A stretch of 22,794 nt of DNA. Origin: a bacterium. GTDB taxonomy: Bacteria; Zhuqueibacterota; Zhuqueibacteria; Oceanimicrobiales; Oceanimicrobiaceae. Positions 16,810 to 22,794 of this stretch are shown piece after piece (position 1 is the first letter of the stretch; each line of letters starts with the position of its first letter). Location: NCBI GenBank assembly GCA_046757525.1, contig JBHHYI010000061.1:1-22794 (forward strand). The letters run 5' to 3'. Both the position numbers and the translations under genes were made by a program. The notes under the pieces were generated by a model. The model saw nothing but the letters and a program-made list of their open reading frames with translations, did no database searches and had not been told where the DNA came from.

Positions 16810-17913
16810 TTACGCTTCAACAAGCTCCGTTAGTCTTAGCTGTGCTCGAATCTGCTTCAAATCCGATTGGTTGGGCGAGAACGGGTAATCCCGGTAAGGC
16901 TCACTGGGCCGGTAGCTGCCATAGGGCCGGGTACAGCCGGGTTCGCCATTTTCACCAGGGCAGCCATCGGTCATAAAAGCCGTACCGGTGTTCACGACTT
17001 CAGACACCTTTGCCGCGGGCAGCCTTAGCTTTACAATTCCGCCCGACTCGTCAAAAACAATGCGGTGGCGTTCCAGATCGTACGCTTCGATCAGGTACTT
17101 GATCAATTGGATGCGCCGCCAACGCGTGACGTTCGACTTCGGCCACGCCGCCATGCGGGAATCCGGTTCCGGATTGAAGCAAAACAAGTAGGCAAAAATC
17201 TCACGGGCCTTTAGAAAATAGAACATGTCGATGAGATCGCGGTCGCTTTCCCCCAGACCAACCAGGGTGTGACAATTAACCTTCCACGGGCCGAAGATGT
17301 CGCGCGCAGCATTCACAATGTCCCAGTAGTTTTCCCAGCGCAGACCGCCGTTGGGCACGTTGGTGCGCCGGTGGTAAAAGACCTCTTCGGTGACGGCGTC
17401 CAAACCAACGCCGATCATGTCAACCCCCAACTCCTTGAAAACCTTTAAGCGGTCTCGATTCAAAGTGGGCGGCGCCACCAAAATGGAAAGGGGTGTGTGC
17501 ACCTTCGACACGGTGCGCTGTATGATGTCCACGGTATCCTCGTAGGCATGGCCGTGCGTTACCATTGAAATGCACAGACGCGTCAGCTTCTCCTCGTATC
17601 GCGCCATGCGGTCCACCACGAGGTCGGTCTCGAGCAACGGCCATTCGACGCGAATAAACGACTTCTCTTCGTATTTTCCAGGACGCGTGCGCGCCAGGCC
17701 ACAGTAAGAGCAGTCGGAATAGCAGCCCTCCTCGTAGTTCAACAGCAGATTGATGCCGCCGAATTCAAAAGCGCGCGTAAAGCGACCCGAACGCAGCCGC
17801 AGTGCGATGGCGCTGGCCCCACTCAAGCGCACGTAATCTGGACTGGTCATTCTTTCCTGATTCGCCAGCACCCTGGTGTTGGGTAAGACTTTGAGACCAT
17901 TGGTTGGAGACAT
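16810..17913 (-). CDS. lipS2: Lipoyl synthase subunit LipS2 (radical SAM)
   Basis: CYSDCSYCGLAR; TDGCPG...GCTRP corresponds to the LipS2 TxGCP..CxRP motif; context; start at ATG 17913 behind GAGGA. Confidence 0.85.
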   Translation of the reverse strand: MSPTNGLKVLPNTRVLANQERMTSPDYVRLSGASAIALRLRSGRFTRAFEFGGINLLLNYEEGCYSDCSYCGLARTRPGKYEEKSFIRVEWPLLETDLVVDRMARYEEKLTRLCISMVTHGHAYEDTVDIIQRTVSKVHTPLSILVAPPTLNRDRLKVFKELGVDMIGVGLDAVTEEVFYHRRTNVPNGGLRWENYWDIVNAARDIFGPWKVNCHTLVGLGESDRDLIDMFYFLKAREIFAYLFCFNPEPDSRMAAWPKSNVTRWRRIQLIKYLIEAYDLERHRIVFDESGGIVKLRLPAAKVSEVVNTGTAFMTDGCPGENGEPGCTRPYGSYRPSEPYRDYPFSPNQSDLKQIRAQLRLTELVEA

Positions 17914-17987
17914 ATTAAGAATTCCTCTCAACTATTCTGCGCGCATTCCAATTTAACCTTAATTCGGTGTCCTTCAGCGTTCCAATG

Positions 17988-19124
17988 TTAAATCTCTGCC
18001 GGCGTTTTCGACAGCGGGTAATAACAGGAACCTTTGTTGGTCAGGCGCTGCTTGGCACGGGCATTCACCCCGGCTTTCCAGATCGCCTCAACCAGATCCT
18101 CTGGAGAACACCTCGCCGGGGCGTGGCCATTTTGCGAAAATGCCTGGTGCACGCGCTGCGCAATGGCATTCTTATCGAAAGCACTCCATTTCAGTCTGGA
18201 TTCAATTCCGGTGAGGGCGTCGTCGTGTTGGAAAAAGTCGCCGGCGATCAGGACGTGTTTTATGATTTCGCCCTTCAAGCCAATGTAGGTCCTGAGCAAC
18301 CCTGCTGCTGTTTTTTTGAGGCTCATGCCGGTCATGTCCGGCTGCGGACTGCGCTGCAACAGCCACTCGTCACTCGAGTATTTCTCTCGGGCCAGCTTCG
18401 CAATCTGCGATTTTTCCTCCTCTGACCACGGTTCGGGTTGCAACTGAGTTTGAAAAATTGCTGCAAAACTCTGTTTCACTTGCTGGCGCACTTCACTTAA
18501 ACTGATTCTTCGCTGCAACTCCCTGGCGACGGTAGTGACTCTTTGCACCACTGAATTCGTCTCTGGCTTGTCGGAAAATTTTTCCAGGGGGATTCTCAGC
18601 AAGCGCAGCATGAGCGCAACATCCAGATCGACAAGCAAGCTGGTGTGAAACAGCATGGCGCCGTGAGGATCGTAGTAGACGCCTAAGCCGGCGATCTTCT
18701 TACCATTCACCTCCAGATCATTCTTCGGTCTGAATCTGGCCTCAATGCCCAGTTTAGCCAGCGCCTGAACGACGGGCGCCGAAAACCGCCGGTAAATCTC
18801 CAGCGGGTTGGCCACCTGGTTGTCAAAATTCGCGGGGGCGGTGAAACACAGGCCCAGTTGATCCTGACCCATCAATATGGCACCACCACCTGTTGGTCGG
18901 CGCCCGAATTGGACGCCCAGCTCACGACAGGTCTGGAGGTTCAATTCGGCTTCTAAATTCTGAAACCGCCCAACTAAGGCGCAGTGCGATTTGTAGGTGT
19001 ACAGTCGCAAAGTGGGGTCGTGCGTCGGCGCACTGGCCGGATAATAGCGCAGCAGAAACTCATCGGCTGCCAGGCCAAAATCGGCGGTCACACCGTCCTC
19101 TTCTATGTATCTCCAGGTAGGCAT
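17988..19124 (-). CDS. lpl(AB): Lipoate:protein ligase with fused C-terminal accessory domain, sLpl(AB)
   Basis: PTLRLY, VGRFQN, RRPTGGGA, KNDLEVNGKKIAG, FHTSLL; accessory domain KTAAGLLR...IAGDFF. Confidence 0.92.
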   Translation of the reverse strand: MPTWRYIEEDGVTADFGLAADEFLLRYYPASAPTHDPTLRLYTYKSHCALVGRFQNLEAELNLQTCRELGVQFGRRPTGGGAILMGQDQLGLCFTAPANFDNQVANPLEIYRRFSAPVVQALAKLGIEARFRPKNDLEVNGKKIAGLGVYYDPHGAMLFHTSLLVDLDVALMLRLLRIPLEKFSDKPETNSVVQRVTTVARELQRRISLSEVRQQVKQSFAAIFQTQLQPEPWSEEEKSQIAKLAREKYSSDEWLLQRSPQPDMTGMSLKKTAAGLLRTYIGLKGEIIKHVLIAGDFFQHDDALTGIESRLKWSAFDKNAIAQRVHQAFSQNGHAPARCSPEDLVEAIWKAGVNARAKQRLTNKGSCYYPLSKTPAEI

Positions 19125-19127
19125 GGG

Positions 19128-20087
19128 TCAACATCCGCAGGAACAAGCATTCTCGAAAAAGTTAGGTCTGAGACCTTTGCTTTCCGAATATTCAACGATG
19201 CCTTCAGCAGGGTAAGCGATTCCGTTCAGGCCGCAGTCTACCGCCGCGCGGTCTACCGCCGATTTGTGATGGCCCAGAGGCCGGGAACAGCCCAACAGCA
19301 TCAGGGTGCGAGGCATGGCCAGGCGGGCTTTCTGGAAAAAATCTTGTAACTCAGAAACCGCCGGCGGTGCGACGCCCTGCATGGCCGTATCCGCCAGAGG
19401 CGTCAGTATGACCAGAATCAAAGCGTGCACGGGATAGCGGGCGATGATTTCCAGGGCGGTGTTTTCCCCCAGGAATTGGCCATAATGCAGCCCGAGGATG
19501 ATGTGGGGACGCACGCTGTGTCCGTATTTCACCAGCAGCTCCAAAGAGCGGTCGAAATCTGCCACAGTGGCGTCGAGATGATACACGTCCCGAATGGTTT
19601 CGTCTGCACCGATGATGTCAATCATGACGCCATCCACGCCGGCTCCTTTGAGCGCGGCAGCAGTTTGCTCTGTGACCAGTCCGCAGTGCACCAGCACGCG
19701 CAAAGCCAACTCCCGTTTGACGCGGGCGATATCTTCGATGTGCTTTAGCAGAGGCACCGCGCCCGTCCGGCTGGAGCCGCCGCTGATGAGCACCCCCTGC
19801 GTTCCGGCAGCATCCAACCGCGCACACAAGTCAAACAGGCTCTCGCTTGAATGGAGAGGAATCATGGGGTCCAAGATTTTGGCTGCGCAATGGTCGCACT
19901 GCAAAGCACAAGCGCCGCCGGTTAGACTGATAGGAAGGAAGGCACGCGGATTCTTTTGCTGGAATTCCCGGGTACTAAATCGCTTCAGCCCGGGCGCGTA
20001 GAAGTTGATCTCGTCAGGAAAATGCGCCTGCCTGACCGCAAAAGCGCGCTCCTTTAAACCCGCCTCAACTACAATTGCGCCAGCCAT
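19128..20087 (-). CDS. lipS1: Lipoyl synthase subunit LipS1 (radical SAM)
   Basis: ISLTGGACALQCDHC, GVLISGGS, PHIILGLHYG, LGCSRP (LipS1 GCxR motif), C-terminal ACSCGC. Confidence 0.87.
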   Translation of the reverse strand: MAGAIVVEAGLKERAFAVRQAHFPDEINFYAPGLKRFSTREFQQKNPRAFLPISLTGGACALQCDHCAAKILDPMIPLHSSESLFDLCARLDAAGTQGVLISGGSSRTGAVPLLKHIEDIARVKRELALRVLVHCGLVTEQTAAALKGAGVDGVMIDIIGADETIRDVYHLDATVADFDRSLELLVKYGHSVRPHIILGLHYGQFLGENTALEIIARYPVHALILVILTPLADTAMQGVAPPAVSELQDFFQKARLAMPRTLMLLGCSRPLGHHKSAVDRAAVDCGLNGIAYPAEGIVEYSESKGLRPNFFENACSCGC

Positions 20088-20518
20088 CCAGAATCCTCGT
20101 ACTTCTTGATTTCTTTTTCAAACCAGTCTCGCAGAGGCCGTTCGCCCGTTACAAGATCGCTGCTTTCCTCGGCAAAATTCGTCAACTCCAACTCGATCAA
20201 CCAACCCTCGCCATAAGGATCCGTGTTGGCCAAACGGGGACTTTCGGTAACCTGCTCGTTTCTCTTTTTAACAACGCCCGAAACTGGAGCCCGCAGCGGA
20301 CCCACGTATTTTTCAGCTTCAACCGTACCAAACGACTTCCCTTTGCTCAGAGTCTTGCCCAATTCGTCGATCTGTACCACCACGAAAGCCCCCATGGATT
20401 CCTGCACCACCGGATCCATTCCGATTTTCGCACGATTGTTTTCGACCTTCAGCCAGAAATGCCCCTCCGGGTCGTAGAACAGATGCGGGTAGATTTCATA
20501 ACCTCGAATTTTAAACAT
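20069..20518 (-). CDS. lbpA: GcvH-family lipoate-binding protein (LbpA-like)
   Basis: HFW...AKIGM, lipoyl-Lys hairpin GTVEAEKYVGPLRAPVSG, NTDPYGEGWL; between shdrB3 and lipS1; start 20518 or 20548. Confidence 0.82.
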   Translation of the reverse strand: MFKIRGYEIYPHLFYDPEGHFWLKVENNRAKIGMDPVVQESMGAFVVVQIDELGKTLSKGKSFGTVEAEKYVGPLRAPVSGVVKKRNEQVTESPRLANTDPYGEGWLIELELTNFAEESSDLVTGERPLRDWFEKEIKKYEDSGWLAQL

Positions 20519-20582
20519 GGCATTTGTGTTTTCTTGATCTCGTTGCATTTCAAAGCTCACATAGTTCGGTGTTCTTCGGCGA

Positions 20583-21848
20583 CTAATTCCCCATCGCTTC
20601 ATCAATAAGCTCAATAATATCCCGCACGATTAATTTGCCCTCGTTGCCGGTGGATTTCACAGCGTCCTCAAAGCGCGAGACTTCGTAGGGACAGCACACC
20701 GCCAACACATCGGCCCCGGTCTCCACCGCTTCTCGTACGCGTTTTTCCGAGAGCCTTTCCGAGACATGATCGGCCATGAAGCCGTCCAGCCACATGCCGC
20801 CGCCCCCGCCGCCGCAGCAGTAGCTGTTTTCCCGGCAGCGGCCCATTTCGATTAGCTCCACCCCCGGAACGGCCTGGATCATGTTGCGAGGGGCTTCAAA
20901 CTCGCCGTTATGTCTGCCCAGGTAGCAGGGGTCGTGAAAGGTTACCTTGTAATTCAACTCTTTCGAGAACTTGAGTTGGCTCATGAGCGGGGCCAGGAAA
21001 GTCGTGTAGTGCACCACATCGAAATCGCCGCCGAAGTTTGGGTACTCCTTGCGCAACGCGTTCAAAGCGTGGGGATCGGTGACCATGATTTTCTTGACTT
21101 TGTATTTCTTGAGCGTGCGAATATTCTCCTCGGCAAACTCTTCGAACAGTCCGATTTCGCCGGCCAGGCGCTGGGAATCACACGTGCATTTCTCCTCGGT
21201 TCCCAGAATACCAAAGTCCACTTCAAGGGCCGCAAGGATTCGCGCTAACGCGTGGCTGGCTTCTTTGCCGCGCGGGTGGTAGGCCGGGTAACATTCCACG
21301 AACCACAAGATGTCCACGGATTTTTTGATCTGGGACATGATCGGAACTTCCACACCTGCGTCTTGTACCCAGTCGGCGCGCTTCCTGGGCGATTCCCCCA
21401 GGGGATTGCCATATTCAAACGTATTCTCAAAGGCTTCTTGCAACTCCTGCGGCACGTTCCCGTCCAGCACCGCCTGTTCTCGCACCGCGGGCATGATCTT
21501 GATCATGTTCACCTCTTTCGGGCACACGCGCAAACAGTTCATGCAGGTCGTGCATTTCCACAATTCGGAGTCCTCGAAAAGATTTAACCCGGACTGCACT
21601 TGCCGAAAGATCTTGCGCGGTCCGTAGCTGCCCACCATGTCCACCGGGCATACTGGCACGCACTGGGCACACTGGTAACACCAGCCCAGGGATTCCCCGC
21701 CATCCAGTTCGGTGATTTTGTCCATATAGGTCAGATCATAATCCCAAACCACCCGCTGTTCGAACATGCGGTTCCAATCGCTGGTCAGTTCAATGCCATC
21801 GACCACCACTTTGTCTTTTTGTATGATTTGTTCTTTGTCAACCGGCAT
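20583..21848 (-). CDS. shdrB3: sHdrB3: sHdrC2-like 2x[4Fe-4S] domain fused to CCG domains (type II sHdr)
   Basis: sHdrC2-like N-terminus VVDGIELTSDWNRM...DYD, CYQCAQCVPVCP, CTTCMNCLRVCP, HDPCYLGR, CCGGGGG; follows shdrH; ATG 21848 behind GGAGG. Confidence 0.8.
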   Translation of the reverse strand: MPVDKEQIIQKDKVVVDGIELTSDWNRMFEQRVVWDYDLTYMDKITELDGGESLGWCYQCAQCVPVCPVDMVGSYGPRKIFRQVQSGLNLFEDSELWKCTTCMNCLRVCPKEVNMIKIMPAVREQAVLDGNVPQELQEAFENTFEYGNPLGESPRKRADWVQDAGVEVPIMSQIKKSVDILWFVECYPAYHPRGKEASHALARILAALEVDFGILGTEEKCTCDSQRLAGEIGLFEEFAEENIRTLKKYKVKKIMVTDPHALNALRKEYPNFGGDFDVVHYTTFLAPLMSQLKFSKELNYKVTFHDPCYLGRHNGEFEAPRNMIQAVPGVELIEMGRCRENSYCCGGGGGGMWLDGFMADHVSERLSEKRVREAVETGADVLAVCCPYEVSRFEDAVKSTGNEGKLIVRDIIELIDEAMGN

Positions 21849-21852
21849 ATCG

Positions 21853-22584
21853 TTAGTCCTCCATTCTATAAACACCCAACAATCTTCGAGAGAATTCCGG
21901 CAGTCCCGGCACGACTTTGTTGAATTCCTGAGTCATTCTCATGCGCAAAACCGTGTAAACATAAACGACATAGACACAGCTCAGATAAACGTCGGTGCCA
22001 AAAAGGCTGTGACTGATGCTCTGAAATCCCGCAGCCTCGCCCACCTGATGCACGAAAGCTACGGCCTGGCCTACTTTCAGGTAGGTAGCACCCAAACTTG
22101 GCGCATTCAAATCATAGTCCTCGGTGGTTACCAGAGGTAAGGCACCGGTTCTTGTTTTCGGATCCCACATCCAACGGGTCCAAAGCCAAAACTGCTGTGG
22201 AAAGGTGTAGTGCAAAAGCTCGCTGGCGAGGTCGTAACGAATGTTGGGTTCCAGGCCGTCAAGATGATTACAAAAAGCCTGAAAGCGCGTTTCAATCGCT
22301 GCCTCTCCGAAAAGCAGTTGGGTAAACCACGCCTTGAGATTCTCAGATGAAAAATCTTCCAGCATTTTTTGCGCCTTCCGCCGTGTGGAAAAGATCTGAC
22401 GCAAGATTTTGTAAAGACCTTCTTCCGCAATATTCCCTATGGCTTTAACAGCAAGCTGCTGGCGGAACCCCTGACTTTTCACTTCCAGTTGAGCACAGAT
22501 CTGACTCAGCTCTTCCGTTGAAATCCTGGCAAGCGCCTCTTTCATGAACTCTTTGGCGCTTTCGGTGTCGACCACTTGGCTCAT
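21853..22584 (-). CDS. shdrH: sHdrH, conserved hypothetical subunit of sHdr clusters
   Basis: WLWTRWMWDPKTRTGALPLV and YTVLRMRMTQEFN...RRLLGV recognised from memory as sHdrH-like; position directly upstream of the sHdrC2-like gene. Confidence 0.75.
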   Translation of the reverse strand: MSQVVDTESAKEFMKEALARISTEELSQICAQLEVKSQGFRQQLAVKAIGNIAEEGLYKILRQIFSTRRKAQKMLEDFSSENLKAWFTQLLFGEAAIETRFQAFCNHLDGLEPNIRYDLASELLHYTFPQQFWLWTRWMWDPKTRTGALPLVTTEDYDLNAPSLGATYLKVGQAVAFVHQVGEAAGFQSISHSLFGTDVYLSCVYVVYVYTVLRMRMTQEFNKVVPGLPEFSRRLLGVYRMED

Positions 22585-22614
22585 TTACAAAATTCCAAAT
22601 CTCAAATACTCAAA

Positions 22615-22644
22615 CTCGTTCCCAAAACAGAGTTTTGGAACGAG
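22615..22644. repeat. REP-like hairpin upstream of shdrH
   Basis: CTCGTTCCCAAAACAGAGTTTTGGAACGAG imperfect palindrome, preceded by degenerate AAATyyC heptamers at about 22590-22614. Confidence 0.7.
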
Positions 22645-22658
22645 AGTTGGGATAATTT

Positions 22659-22722
22659 GGGGCTGTTCAAAGAGTCCACTTTTTCTGTCATTCCCGCGAA
22701 AGCGTTTTGGCGTCAACTTAAG
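22659..22722. repeat. MITE/REP-like repeat end, inverted copy of 19..82
   Basis: GGGGCTGTTCAAA...TGTCATTCCCGCGAAAGCG...TGGCGTCAACTTAAG; 55/64 identity to the reverse complement of 19..82. Confidence 0.85.
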
Positions 22723-22741
22723 GGGCGTCTAACCACCCAAT

Positions 22742-22790
22742 TGTCACCCCGAGCGGAGTCCGGCAGTTGCCGGACGTAGTCGAGGGGTCT
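22742..22790. repeat. REP-like element with nested hairpin
   Basis: TGTCACCCCGAGCGGA-GTCCGGCAGTTGCCGGAC-GTAGTCGAGGGGTCT: outer ACCCC/GGGGT stem enclosing a perfect 8-bp inner stem. Confidence 0.65.
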
Positions 22791-22794
22791 AATT

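Noticed and set aside
19128..19130. TGA after CSCGC in LipS1 as selenocysteine
   Set aside because: Next gene starts 3 nt later and no SECIS-like hairpin is evident; normal LipS1 length
20069..20518. Glycine cleavage system (gcvH)
   Set aside because: No gcvT/gcvP in the window; context is sHdr and LipS1/S2

Overview
Bacterial (diderm; has a FadL-type outer-membrane porin) sulfur-metabolism locus, probably a whole contig because both ends run into the same repeat element. Right two thirds, minus strand: the distal part of a type II sulfur-oxidising heterodisulfide-reductase-like (sHdr) cluster: shdrH - shdrB3 (sHdrC2-like ferredoxin fused to CCG domains) - lbpA-like GcvH-family protein - lipS1 - lpl(AB) - lipS2 - an extra, unassigned radical SAM enzyme - etfB - etfA - [antisense insertion of a frameshifted toxin-like gene and a DUF2283-like gene] - emo - winged-helix protein - zinc-finger protein. 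shdrC1/B1/A would be expected beyond the right edge. Left third, minus strand: a Tat-less molybdopterin oxidoreductase and a 4Fe-4S/NrfD fusion partner, separated by two signal-peptide genes encoding an atypical kinase-fold protein and a Shelph-type phosphatase. A divergent fadL-like gene has a clean sigma54 promoter. REP/MITE-like palindromes fill the intergenic spaces. Most notable: the third radical SAM gene in the lipoate-assembly block, a cysteine-free LbpA, degenerate and mutually paralogous CCG domains in sHdrB3 and EMO, and the exported kinase/phosphatase pair. All family assignments are from motif recognition, not database searches.
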